In this document: positions 1-9,645 of the stretch, piece after piece
Position numbering within the stretch: position 1 is the stretch's first letter
How the letters are laid out: each line of letters begins with the position of its first letter
Program-made: the position numbers and the translations under genes
Notes under the pieces: generated by a model
What the model was told of the DNA's origin: nothing
The model's database searches: none
Seen by the model: the letters and a program-made list of their open reading frames with translations, nothing else
Source of the DNA: Candidatus Hermodarchaeota archaeon
GTDB lineage: Archaea; Asgardarchaeota; Heimdallarchaeia; Hodarchaeales; Hodarchaeaceae
DNA: 32,000 nucleotides
Direction: 5' to 3'
NCBI GenBank assembly: GCA_048886185.1
Contig: JBHLKY010000003.1
Coordinates: 1-32,000, forward strand

Positions 1-194
1 TGGTCTTGCACTATCAAATTGGCGATTACCAGTAAATGGTTTCTTAATGAGTTGTGACCATGGTTCATGGATTCTATCTAGTACTGTAATTCCTTACTAT
101 TGAAGATATATGTATATAGTGTCCAGATATAACTAAAGAATAAAGTTTATTGCATACTCGTTATTAGCACCATTAATCCTCATTCTTCACACGA

Positions 195-1562
195 TTGTCC
201 AGTGGAAATATAACTCTAGGTTTTCTATCAATGCAAGAAACAACAAGTACCAGTTTTATTAAAAATCTAAAGATTATCTTCAATTCACGAAATTATGTTA
301 TAATCCTCTTTACCAATTATTCATCAGCAGTATTTCTAGCAGCATGGATATATTTGAATCTATTCTTTCGGGACATTGGTATCTCTTACTTTGAAATTGG
401 ACTCGCAGATGCGTGGGCAATGCTTCTTGGTCTTTTTACGACTCTTATAGGAGGATATTGGGCAGATAAGCATATTCCACATCGTAAATTTATGGCTACT
501 TTCAACCAATTTTTTCTTGCTATTGCTTCTTTTCTTATTCCACTCGTGACTGATTTCTATAGTCTTGTTCTTGTATGGACAGTTTTTGGTTTTAGTCAGT
601 TTTGTCAGGCTTCAATTGATCCGATGCTGTTTGAATCAATCCCACCCGAACAAATGGGCACTGGTACTAGTTTGTTTACCTTGGGAGGTGTTTTTGGCAT
701 CGCTGGGTTAGTAACTGTTGGATTTCTAATCGTAGATAATTTTGTGTCTGGACTAAAGGTTTTTTGGTACCTTTTTACTATCGTAGCAATATTAAACTTC
801 TTCACACGATTATTCTTTTTAAAGAAGACACATCCAGCTAAACAAATGGAAGATCAGGAAAATAGAAGAGGGATTAAAGACCTCGTCAGCCAATACCGCT
901 TAGGAATTATGGTACTTGTAACCACCATTCCGTTGTTTTTCATTGTATTTTTGCTTGATGTAAGTAGTGATATAAATTACCGTTTTGCTCAAAACTTCTT
1001 TCTCAATGAAGAAGTTGGGATGGATTATGACGTCATTAACTACACGATGATTGGAGCCGTTCTTCTTGGTGTTCTAGGTGGGCTTTTTGCAGGGCAGCTT
1101 CTTGATAGGACTCAGAATGATTCAAAAGTTATGTTTTTAGTATACTTTTTCCTCCCTTTCTCAATTTTCCTCCTGTTTCATTCACCATCAGCACCAACTT
1201 GGACCAATCTATTACCGAATGAAGGATTAGGTTCTCTTATATCAAGTACTGCATTTATTGCTGTTATAATTAAGGCAGGAAACGATGAAGTCTGGCGAAC
1301 AATAGCATGGGGAGCCGTGGGCCGTAAGCTTCCACGAAATCATACTGGAAAAGTCACTGCCATATTATCAATGTCTATCTCGTTATTGGGGATGGTTATT
1401 AGTCCGATTGTAGGGTTTATCTATCAGATTGAAGGTGGAAGACCTTTACTACTAATTGCGTTTATTTTAAATCTAATTATTCTTGTATTACTCTTAACTG
1501 GTTGGATAAGAAGTTCAAAAGGATGGGCTGATAAAAAGACAATTGTTTCCAGCCAAGTATAG
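195..1562 (+). CDS. Major facilitator superfamily transporter
   Basis: About 12 hydrophobic segments in two halves; motif-A-like GGYWADK and AGQLLDR loops. Track start is TTG 195; ATG 231 is an alternative start. Confidence 0.85.
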   Translation: MSSGNITLGFLSMQETTSTSFIKNLKIIFNSRNYVIILFTNYSSAVFLAAWIYLNLFFRDIGISYFEIGLADAWAMLLGLFTTLIGGYWADKHIPHRKFMATFNQFFLAIASFLIPLVTDFYSLVLVWTVFGFSQFCQASIDPMLFESIPPEQMGTGTSLFTLGGVFGIAGLVTVGFLIVDNFVSGLKVFWYLFTIVAILNFFTRLFFLKKTHPAKQMEDQENRRGIKDLVSQYRLGIMVLVTTIPLFFIVFLLDVSSDINYRFAQNFFLNEEVGMDYDVINYTMIGAVLLGVLGGLFAGQLLDRTQNDSKVMFLVYFFLPFSIFLLFHSPSAPTWTNLLPNEGLGSLISSTAFIAVIIKAGNDEVWRTIAWGAVGRKLPRNHTGKVTAILSMSISLLGMVISPIVGFIYQIEGGRPLLLIAFILNLIILVLLLTGWIRSSKGWADKKTIVSSQV

Positions 1563-1696
1563 AGATTCACAACTTGGTGTTTAAGAATGTCATCGACTCG
1601 TGAGGAACTGCATGATTTGGTACTTGCTATCTCTTTAAAGAAAGCACAATCTCTTTGCTCCATTTCAATGAGTTTTTTCAGAATCATTTAAGTTCA

Positions 1697-2257
1697 TTAT
1701 ATTGATCTTAGGGAGTCACGCTTGATTTCTTGCGATTTAAGATGAGGAGGTAATGACTCCTTGGGAGTTTGGTTCTCAATATACAATCCATATTGGTATT
1801 GTAAATAAGCCCAAGTTAACAGTTGGTTAATTACCTCACTTTTTCCCAGCTTAAGGGTGGTACTCTGTTCTTGAATGAAATCATAAAGAGGGACTGGTAA
1901 ATAGCCAAGATTGATGAGAATTGTCTCGTGCTCTTTTCTTGGCGGAAGAGTATACGCCTTACGCGGCCTTCCAGGGCCGTTTTGAGGGAGTTCTAATTCT
2001 TTAATCATTTTATTATCAATAAACTCTTTTAGAATTGATAAAACTGTTTTTTTTGACCCAAGATTATGTTCTTGTGAATATAGAAGAATTTCAGACTGAG
2101 GGAGAGTCTCCTGAATGGCTAAAGATTTATCCATGAATTGCCAGAGTTTATACTGTCGAATTTGACGTTTATAGTTAGAAATCATTTTCCTCATTTCATT
2201 CAAGGAAAAATGCATATTTAAACTCCTGCGATGTAGAATAAATTCACAATATTCCAA
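1697..2257 (-). CDS. Putative transcription regulator: winged HTH followed by a ribbon-helix-helix-like domain
   Basis: Wing motif GPGRPRKAYTL after a helical HTH-like segment; C-terminal TILINLGYLP..LYDFIQEQS..LKLGKSEVINQLL fits the beta-alpha-alpha RHH pattern. Start codon uncertain (TTG). Confidence 0.6.
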   Translation of the reverse strand: MEYCEFILHRRSLNMHFSLNEMRKMISNYKRQIRQYKLWQFMDKSLAIQETLPQSEILLYSQEHNLGSKKTVLSILKEFIDNKMIKELELPQNGPGRPRKAYTLPPRKEHETILINLGYLPVPLYDFIQEQSTTLKLGKSEVINQLLTWAYLQYQYGLYIENQTPKESLPPHLKSQEIKRDSLRSI

Positions 2258-2607
2258 AACTCTTCATATGACCCTTTTTGAAGGGAATGGAACAGTAGCA
2301 CTTAAATCCGTGTCTTTCGAATATAAAATCCATTTCTAGGTATTTCTTCATTGTTATAGATTATCAGAACTTTTTTTATCGATCAAAAGAAGATTTACCA
2401 TGCCGGTACCAAGAAAAGGAATGTAATACCATTCTTTTGTTCTTTCATTCTTAAGTGAAGAAAGAAATATACCAAACTAAAAGAGATTTTGATTATAAGA
2501 AGTCTTACTGAAATTGAAAGAGATATCTATTTAGTTAGGACTAATGAAAGAGAGGCACCTCAGGCCTCCATATAGAAAATCCTACTTTTTTAAGTCCGAT
2601 TTCTTAT

Positions 2608-3012
2608 CTAATCTTGGAGATTAAATTTAAGATATTGAGTATGATGATCAAGTTCATCTATGGGTTTAATGTCATAATATTTTAACAATTCATCGCTCTC
2701 GTTTTTGATTATCTTAATTGTTTTGATTATTTCTGCTGGTAATGTCGTGTTTTCGATATTATGAAGTATTTTTTGAACTGATACATGGATTTGTTTACAA
2801 AGATGAATAAAGAAGCGTGATTCTAATTTATAGGTAAGACCATAAATACAGAAACCCAAAATAGCCATCATCTGCATTTTAATAAATCTATGTTCTGCTT
2901 TGTTTATTATTCTGGATGTCAATTTTGGATTGTTTATTATTAAGGGTGCCAATCCTAAGAACTCTTCGATAGTCTCTTTAATCCTAATTAGACTTTCTAA
3001 TTGTCTTTCCAC
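2608..3012 (-). CDS. Hypothetical helical protein
   Basis: 134-aa ORF occupying otherwise non-coding space; no recognisable motif. Confidence 0.6.
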   Translation of the reverse strand: MERQLESLIRIKETIEEFLGLAPLIINNPKLTSRIINKAEHRFIKMQMMAILGFCIYGLTYKLESRFFIHLCKQIHVSVQKILHNIENTTLPAEIIKTIKIIKNESDELLKYYDIKPIDELDHHTQYLKFNLQD

Positions 3013-3367
3013 GCTTACCCATCCTTTTGTTTAAATCCCATTATATACTCAAATAGTAACTAGTTATGGATTTTCTCTCTCTTTTAGAAATGAGATATCT
3101 TTTCTCTTTTGACCTTATTGTAACACTAAAAGGAATCTTATATTTTTCTCTTAATTCTATTTCATTCTTTTGTACGATTAAGCAGGTTTTTCAAGACAAA
3201 AATAGATAAGACATTATAATGACCTATATTTTTACAGATCTATGAGGAGATTCTTATTATTCCTTTTTTTCCAGTAATGGCCCTATCTGGCTTGGACTCT
3301 ATAAAATAATACTTAAAACTTAGGATAACTTCATAAATTCATTTATCCTCACGTATAGAGAAGAAAA

Positions 3368-4600
3368 ATGAAAGAAACCATCGTAACTCGAATTCTAGAT
3401 GTCATTACAACATATAAAACTGAGATTCTAGAATTTACTAAAAAGTTGATCACGATTGCTACAGAAAATCCCCCTGGTGCCTTGTACGAAACGTGTATTG
3501 AAGTCATCACGAATAAATTATCTGAAGTTGGTCTTGATTATGAAATAATTGAAGTTCCAAATCAGGGTTCATCATCAACGACTGGGGAAATACCTCGATA
3601 TTGTATTCTTAGTTTTTATGGGTCAGGAAAAAGAACTCTATACTTCCATGGCCATTATGATGTTGTCCCTGCATTTAGCGTTACTCAATTCCAACCATAT
3701 ATTGAAAACGGGAAACTTTTTGGGCGTGGGAGTTCAGATATGAAGAGTGGTCTAGCAGTTATGATTTATGCCCTTAAAACAATAAAAGAGTTAAAAATTC
3801 CAATTAATGAAAGAATTGGACTGATTATAGTTCCAGATGAAGAAACTGGGGGATTAATGGGCTCAAAATATCTTTCTGATATTGGAGTGTTAGGTAAAGA
3901 CGCTATAGGGATGCTTTTACCTGAACCAACAAGTGGAGTTATTTGGAATGCAAGTCGTGGAGCGATTTCTCTCCGAATCACTTTAAAAGGAAGGCCTGCG
4001 CATGTAGCTCTTCAGTATCAAGGAATTAATGCTTTTGAAAAAATGATTGTGGTAGCAAATAAACTTCTGGAATTAAAAACTGAGGTTGAATCCAGGACTA
4101 CTAGGCATAATATCCACCCAGACTCAGCTAGATCTTCAATCTTAATGCTTGGAGGTCAATGTGAGGGTGGAACCAATTTCAATCTTGTGCCAGAAGGTGT
4201 TACATTTACTGTTGATCGTCGAATCAATCCTGAGGAGGATCTTGAAGTGGAGAAACAAAGATTACTTAAACTACTCGAAGAATGTACGAAACAGGGGATT
4301 AATCTTGATATTGAGATTCTCCAAGAAGGAGAGTCATCAGGCACCTCTAAAGATTGTCCGCTTGCTCAAGGGTTAACAAACAGCATTGTAGCTATTACTG
4401 GAAATCACTCAAAATTTGAGATGTGTCCTGGCCTTTTAGAGACTCGATTCTATGTTAAAAAGGGTGTTCCAGCCTTTGCGTATGGCCCAGGCATAATCTC
4501 GGTCTCACATGGCCCCCAAGAATATGTCATGATAAACGATATTTACAAATGCACTGCAATTTATGCCTTGACTGCCATCGAAGTTCTTTCAAATAAGTAA
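3368..4600 (+). CDS. M20 family metallopeptidase/deacylase (ArgE/DapE-like)
   Basis: Metal-ligand motifs HGHYDVVP, GRGSSDMKSG, DEETGG, EPT and C-terminal HGPQE; substrate not assignable. Confidence 0.92.
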   Translation: MKETIVTRILDVITTYKTEILEFTKKLITIATENPPGALYETCIEVITNKLSEVGLDYEIIEVPNQGSSSTTGEIPRYCILSFYGSGKRTLYFHGHYDVVPAFSVTQFQPYIENGKLFGRGSSDMKSGLAVMIYALKTIKELKIPINERIGLIIVPDEETGGLMGSKYLSDIGVLGKDAIGMLLPEPTSGVIWNASRGAISLRITLKGRPAHVALQYQGINAFEKMIVVANKLLELKTEVESRTTRHNIHPDSARSSILMLGGQCEGGTNFNLVPEGVTFTVDRRINPEEDLEVEKQRLLKLLEECTKQGINLDIEILQEGESSGTSKDCPLAQGLTNSIVAITGNHSKFEMCPGLLETRFYVKKGVPAFAYGPGIISVSHGPQEYVMINDIYKCTAIYALTAIEVLSNK

Positions 4601-4836
4601 TTAATAGAAAAGGACGGTGAATCATCCATAATAAACAGGTTAGACATGTATCTTAATATGGGATAGTTATCAAGAATTGAGAGCTCATGAATGCCCAAAG
4701 TTCAAAATCAGATAAGACATTTTATAATCAGATTCAATTCTAGAAACGAATAAAACATCGAAATACAATTCATGTCTGGTCAAAATCGTTTAACTCGAGA
4801 CATATGAACCAATTCTGTGTGGAGACTTCTTAAAAA

Positions 4837-6669
4837 ATGCGTATCGTTGTGTTAGATACTGACAAGTGTAAACCTAAGAAATGTGTTAAGGAATGCCGAG
4901 GGTCCTGTCCAGTGGTCCGTTCTGGAACTGAAATGTTTGAGTTTGAAACGACTATCTCTCAACCGATCATCCATGAACAATTCTGCACTGGGTGTGGGAT
5001 CTGTCCAAAGGCATGCCGTTTTCACGCCCTCACGATCATCAATACCCCCGAGAGATTAGATAAAGATTTAACTCACAGATTTGGAAGAAATGGGTTTACT
5101 CTATTTCGCTTACCTATCATTAAACCAAGTAAGGTAAATGGTTTAGTAGGTCAGAATGGAATAGGCAAGTCAACCGCTATAAAGGTTTTATCTGGAGATA
5201 TCATTCCAAATTTTGGTATATATGATAAAAAACCAAGCTGGGAGCGTGTCCATGAGTATTATAAGGGGACTGAGCTTCAAAATTATTTTCAAAAAATGAT
5301 TGAAGGCAATATCAAATGTGTACGAAAGCCACAATATATAGATAATATTACTAAACATGTTGAGGGAACTGTTAAGGAGATTTTGTCTCGTTTTAATGAA
5401 AGAGATATTTTAGATGATCTTCAAGATGAGCTAGCTCTCCGTGAAATCTGGAATCGTGATATTAGTGTTCTATCAGGTGGGGAACTCCAGAAATTTGCTA
5501 TTGCAGTCGCTATGGCTCGGGATGCAGATATCTACCTCTTTGATGAACCTTCTTCTTTTCTTGATATTAATGAACGTCTTCGCGTTGGAAGAGCTATTCG
5601 GAGTCTAATCAAACATGAAAGAACTGTAGTTGTTGTTGAACATGATTTAGCCGTCTTAGATTATCTTTCTGATTATGTTACTACTTTTTATGGCACTCCA
5701 GCGTCTTATGGAATCATTTCTCAACCATATACTGAAAAAGAAGGTATTAATGTCTTTCTTGATGGTTTTATTCCCTCTGAAAACATGAGATTTCGTGATT
5801 ACTCAATTATAATTCAAAAATCCTCAGTACGAGAAAAAAGTATCGTTTCAGATAGTTTATTATCTTATCAGGATCTTTCTAAAGTTTTTGAGAAGAGTAA
5901 TTTCTCCTTAGATGTTCGTAAAGGAACTATTCATCAGAATGAGATCATTGGAATTCTTGGGCCCAATGGAATTGGAAAAACAACTTTTATAAAAATGTTG
6001 GCGGGGCTTGAATCGCCTACTTCGGGATCAGTTGATCATATTCGTTCTGATGAAGAAGAAAAGGGAGAAAATGAAGATGCAAATAAATCTCTTAGAGTAG
6101 CATACAAACCTCAATATATATCGCTGGATGGCAACCAAACTGTGGAGGAATTTCTCTTAAAAAAAGGAGGAGCAATTGTTGCTACTTCACAATTTAAAAG
6201 TGAAATAATCCATCCGTTTCAATTGTCTGAACTTCTTGATCAACAGCTTAGCTATCTAAGTGGTGGTGAATTACAAAAAGTTGCCATTGTAGCTACTCTT
6301 GCCAAAGATGCTGATATTTACCTATTTGATGAACCATCGGCTTTTTTATCTATCGAAGACAGGCTTACTGCAGCAAAGATTATCCGGAGGTTAATTAAGA
6401 GTCGAACAGCTGCAAGCTTCATTGTCGAGCATGATATCGTTTTCCAAGATTATGCAAGTGATCGAATAATTGTATTCCTCGGACAACCTGGTGTCTATGG
6501 GAAAGCTTATTCACCATCATCTGTTAGAACAGGAATGAACCGTTTTCTTGGTAACTTAAAGATCACATTCCGACGAGACCCCAAGAGCGGTAGACCTCGA
6601 GTTAATAAACTCGACTCAAAGCTTGACCGACTCCAAAAAACCCAAGGCGAATATTATTATGAGAAATAA
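4837..6669 (+). CDS. rli1: Ribosome recycling ATPase ABCE1/Rli1
   Basis: N-terminal Fe-S cysteines (CKPKKCVKECRGSCP; CTGCGICPKAC), two Walker A motifs (GQNGIGKST, GPNGIGKTT), two LSGGELQ signatures, C-terminal RRDPKSGRPRVNK. Confidence 0.97.
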   Translation: MRIVVLDTDKCKPKKCVKECRGSCPVVRSGTEMFEFETTISQPIIHEQFCTGCGICPKACRFHALTIINTPERLDKDLTHRFGRNGFTLFRLPIIKPSKVNGLVGQNGIGKSTAIKVLSGDIIPNFGIYDKKPSWERVHEYYKGTELQNYFQKMIEGNIKCVRKPQYIDNITKHVEGTVKEILSRFNERDILDDLQDELALREIWNRDISVLSGGELQKFAIAVAMARDADIYLFDEPSSFLDINERLRVGRAIRSLIKHERTVVVVEHDLAVLDYLSDYVTTFYGTPASYGIISQPYTEKEGINVFLDGFIPSENMRFRDYSIIIQKSSVREKSIVSDSLLSYQDLSKVFEKSNFSLDVRKGTIHQNEIIGILGPNGIGKTTFIKMLAGLESPTSGSVDHIRSDEEEKGENEDANKSLRVAYKPQYISLDGNQTVEEFLLKKGGAIVATSQFKSEIIHPFQLSELLDQQLSYLSGGELQKVAIVATLAKDADIYLFDEPSAFLSIEDRLTAAKIIRRLIKSRTAASFIVEHDIVFQDYASDRIIVFLGQPGVYGKAYSPSSVRTGMNRFLGNLKITFRRDPKSGRPRVNKLDSKLDRLQKTQGEYYYEK

Positions 6670-7216
6670 GTCAGATCATCGATCAGTGATTACTATTTTT
6701 CATGCAAATCAGTGTGATCGTAAAAAGTGCACTGGGCTAAAAACTTGGAGATATTTTAGACAACATAGATTTCCTTCTATTGATGACATTAAGTTTGTCA
6801 AACGGATCCCTCAGATCCCTCGATATTCTCTAATTTTAAATCCTCTGACTAATCAAATTTTATCCTATGAAGATTATTCCATATTTGTCAAATCTGGTGT
6901 AACTGTCCTAGACTGTTCGTGGAACTTTGCAGAAGATATATTTGCAAAAGAATTTCCTCATTTAAGGCGACTTCCACACTTAATTGCAGCTAATCCAATT
7001 AATTATGGAAAACCAAGTAAGCTCACAAGCGTTGAGGCCCTTGTAGCCGCGTTCTATCTCTTAAGAATTGAGAAAATAGCAAAAGAATTGATTTCGATCT
7101 TTTCGTGGGGAAATCAGTTTCTAGCTTTAAATTCCAATTTGTTAAAAGAATATTCGCAATGTAGTAATATGGAAGAGTTGAAAAGGAAAGAATCAGAGTA
7201 TTTTGAAGCCCAATAA
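6659..7216 (+). CDS. tsr3: rRNA aminocarboxypropyltransferase Tsr3
   Basis: QCDRKKCTG, LDCSW, RRLPHLIAANPINYGKP and LTSVEA motifs. ATG 6659 overlaps the rli1 end; the track uses TTG 6623. Confidence 0.93.
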   Translation: MRNKSDHRSVITIFHANQCDRKKCTGLKTWRYFRQHRFPSIDDIKFVKRIPQIPRYSLILNPLTNQILSYEDYSIFVKSGVTVLDCSWNFAEDIFAKEFPHLRRLPHLIAANPINYGKPSKLTSVEALVAAFYLLRIEKIAKELISIFSWGNQFLALNSNLLKEYSQCSNMEELKRKESEYFEAQ

Positions 7217-7334
7217 TCTTTATTCAGTCTTTTGAATCACAATAAACTAAAGAAAGAATTAAGTTCAAAAAATATAATCTCTCCAATAATCTCAAATCCC
7301 AATATATATCGATCTAGATGGAGTAAAATCCCCC

Positions 7335-7802
7335 GTGACTGCTGATAAACCCTTAAAAATTACATTATTAGGTGTTAAGCAGTCAAAACCAGGAAATAAG
7401 TTTATTTTCGTGGGTGAAACCGACATCTGCTCTGATTGTCGTCTTCGTGGAGCTTGTTTAAAACTTGAGAAAAATAGGGTATATGAGGTTGCTAGTGTAA
7501 AAGATACTATTCATCCTTGTGACGTGTTTGCACAAGGAGTTCAAACAGTTGAGATATTTGAACCGTCATATACAGTCTCAACTGGCGTAAAACTTGCCGT
7601 GGAGGGGGCAATGGTTACCTTCAAACGTCGTGATTGCGATTTAATTGATTGTCCTCATTTTTATCACCATTGTCGACCAATTTACCTGAAAGAGGGTGAA
7701 AAATTAAAGATCCTTGATGTTTCGGATGAATCTGTTGACTGTACACAGGGATATCACCTGAAAATCATAATAGTTGATCGAAACAATAATCACAATGAAT
7801 AG
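7335..7802 (+). CDS. UPF0179 family protein
   Basis: ITLLG..., CSDCRLRGAC, HPCDVF..GV..VE and a second C..C..C cluster typical of this archaeal family. Confidence 0.8.
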   Translation: MTADKPLKITLLGVKQSKPGNKFIFVGETDICSDCRLRGACLKLEKNRVYEVASVKDTIHPCDVFAQGVQTVEIFEPSYTVSTGVKLAVEGAMVTFKRRDCDLIDCPHFYHHCRPIYLKEGEKLKILDVSDESVDCTQGYHLKIIIVDRNNNHNE

Positions 7803-7823
7803 TTTTAATCCTGAGGAAATAAT

Positions 7824-8609
7824 ATGCCTATTAAAGAAAATGATTGGGTTAAAATTGATTATACAGGCCGATTAAGAGAAAATTCCAAAGTATTTGATAC
7901 AACATTGGAAGATGTGGCTCGTGCTGAGCGTATCTTTGATGAAAAACGAAAATATGAACCTTTTTTATGTCGAATTGGAGATGAGAAGTTCTTAATTCCA
8001 GGACTGGCTAAAAATCTTGTAGGCCTTGAATTGAATTCTCCTCAAACTTTTGACATTGCATCAGAGGATGCATATGGGGAAAGAGACAGCAAAAAAATTG
8101 AAATGGTTCCAACAAAGCGACTTCGTAAAGCAAATCTTGAACCACGGGTAGGGAATCGAGTCCAGCTAGCTGGCCGCAGTGGAACTATAATTTTTGTAGG
8201 TGGAGGTAGATCGCGAATCGATTTTAATCATCCCCTGGCGGGGAAAGATCTGATCTTCGATGTCACCGTGGTAGAACACTTAGAGGATGAAGACCAAATT
8301 CGAAAAGAAATTGTTTCTAGACGTTTTCCAGGAATCAATATCGATGAAATCACGATTGAAGTCTCAAAAGATCCAGATACAATATCGATTACTTTACCAA
8401 ATTACTTAATCTTTATGGAAGGTTTGGCAATAGCAAAATATTCTCTCGCAATGGACCTTCGAGATTTCCTAGATTTTAAAATTGTTAAATTTATTGATCT
8501 CTTTGATTACCAAGAAAAACCTTCTACGGATGAAGGATCAGAAAGTCAAGGAGAAGAAGGAGGTTCCTCTGAACAAGAAGAAAATTCTTCTGAGAAAGAA
8601 GAATCCTAA
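7824..8609 (+). CDS. slyD: FKBP-type peptidyl-prolyl isomerase, archaeal long SlyD type
   Basis: VKIDYTGRL, VFDTT, AYGERD, DFNHPLAGKDL motifs plus C-terminal domain and acidic tail. Confidence 0.93.
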   Translation: MPIKENDWVKIDYTGRLRENSKVFDTTLEDVARAERIFDEKRKYEPFLCRIGDEKFLIPGLAKNLVGLELNSPQTFDIASEDAYGERDSKKIEMVPTKRLRKANLEPRVGNRVQLAGRSGTIIFVGGGRSRIDFNHPLAGKDLIFDVTVVEHLEDEDQIRKEIVSRRFPGINIDEITIEVSKDPDTISITLPNYLIFMEGLAIAKYSLAMDLRDFLDFKIVKFIDLFDYQEKPSTDEGSESQGEEGGSSEQEENSSEKEES

Positions 8610-8641
8610 TTTTTCTTAGACAATTACTGAATAACGTATCT

Positions 8642-8836
8642 TCAGCTTGTCTTCATTTTGGGAACATATTTTTTTGTCCACTTAAATTTCCTTGGATCTC
8701 TTTTGAAGTCTAACAAAGATCTACGACACTTACGGCTACAAAATCGAACTAATTGACCATTTCTACGTACAAACGAGATTCCTGTTCCTGCCTCGATATC
8801 ATGACCACAAAATGCACATGGGAAAATCCTTACCAT
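8642..8836 (-). CDS. rpl24e: 50S ribosomal protein L24e
   Basis: CAFCG..I..GTG, FCSRKC, RDPRKFKWT. ATG 8836 is preceded by GGTGA; GTG 8845 is an alternative start. Confidence 0.96.
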   Translation of the reverse strand: MVRIFPCAFCGHDIEAGTGISFVRRNGQLVRFCSRKCRRSLLDFKRDPRKFKWTKKYVPKMKTS

Positions 8837-8869
8837 ATTGATCACCAGTATTTTAGCTTATTTCTATAT

Positions 8870-9085
8870 TTAAGGGCGTTTTAAGTTCCGAGCTTCACGT
8901 TCAGTCTCCCTGAGTAGGAGGGTATCACCTTTTCTTATTGGACCTTTCACATTACGAACTATAATACGTCCACGATCTCTTCCCTCAAGTACTCGGACTC
9001 TAACTTGAGTAATTTCTCCTGTAACACCAGTTCGTCCTATGATTTGTAGAACTTCAGCAGGTATGGAGATTTCTTCCTCGCTCAT
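8870..9085 (-). CDS. rps28e: 30S ribosomal protein S28e
   Basis: [37 protein letters not shown]. Confidence 0.98.
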   Translation of the reverse strand: MSEEEISIPAEVLQIIGRTGVTGEITQVRVRVLEGRDRGRIIVRNVKGPIRKGDTLLLRETEREARNLKRP

Positions 9086-9097
9086 TCAAATCACTCC

Positions 9098-9475
9098 TTA
9101 GATCCCAGCCAATTCTTTTATTCGAACACCTAAGTTGTCAATCTTTGCTTTAACTTCCCCTTCTTTTACAATTGAGCAGCTAGCTGTTTTGACTCCAAGA
9201 TTACACGCTTTCCCAAGCTCTTCCTTAGTAGTTACGTATAGATAAGGAATTTTCTTATCCTTACACAGAAGAGGGAGATGGGCTACTATTTCAGGTGGAT
9301 CCACATCTAACGCAATGAAAACAAGTTTAGCATCACCACGCTCAATACTTTTCGTGGTTTCATTCGTCCCCTTACGGATGTTTGCTGGATCAGTACTGAC
9401 GTTCTCTAATAACGCCAAGGCATCGCTTTCGAGCCCCTCGGGCTGTTCATAATTTACATAAAATGGTTTACTCAT
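9098..9475 (-). CDS. rpl7ae: 50S ribosomal protein L7Ae
   Basis: IRKGTNETTKSIERG, DVDPPEIVAHLPLLC, ELGKACNL; GGAGGT Shine-Dalgarno upstream. Confidence 0.98.
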   Translation of the reverse strand: MSKPFYVNYEQPEGLESDALALLENVSTDPANIRKGTNETTKSIERGDAKLVFIALDVDPPEIVAHLPLLCKDKKIPYLYVTTKEELGKACNLGVKTASCSIVKEGEVKAKIDNLGVRIKELAGI

Positions 9476-9508
9476 AATTTGACGACCTCCAGGGTCTTAT
9501 TTCAGATT
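9434..9508. repeat. Direct repeat copy 1 (75 bp): rpl7ae first 14 codons plus proximal leader
   Basis: Ungapped manual alignment to 10810..10884 gives 67/75 identical bases. Confidence 0.95.
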
Positions 9509-9645
9509 GAATAATCATACCCAATCCTTGGTCGGGCATTCAACCCCGTATTCTGTTCAATTAAATATTTTTACCTTCTCATAATTACTTCGCTTTTACA
9601 TCTTTGAATAAGATTATAAAGATTAAAAGAATATAAGAAATAAGG

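Noticed and set aside
1-110. Possible minus-strand CDS start running off the window's left edge
   Set aside because: Two short open frames compete and neither has a convincing start plus SD; too little sequence to call.
1424-1687. 87-aa minus-strand ORF downstream of the wHTH gene
   Set aside because: Half of it is antisense to the MFS 3' end and it has no motif; probably a shadow ORF.
3549-4376. Small alternative-frame and antisense ORFs inside the M20 gene (similar ones lie inside the MFS, B12, fni, ubiX, acnX, ubiD, mvk, pgk, MBL and top3 genes)
   Set aside because: Fully nested in well-supported genes with no recognisable motifs; expected by chance.
8610-8641. ndk is absent after rpl24e, unlike the common rpl7ae-rps28e-rpl24e-ndk order
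   Set aside because: Ordinary operon rearrangement; ndk may lie elsewhere.
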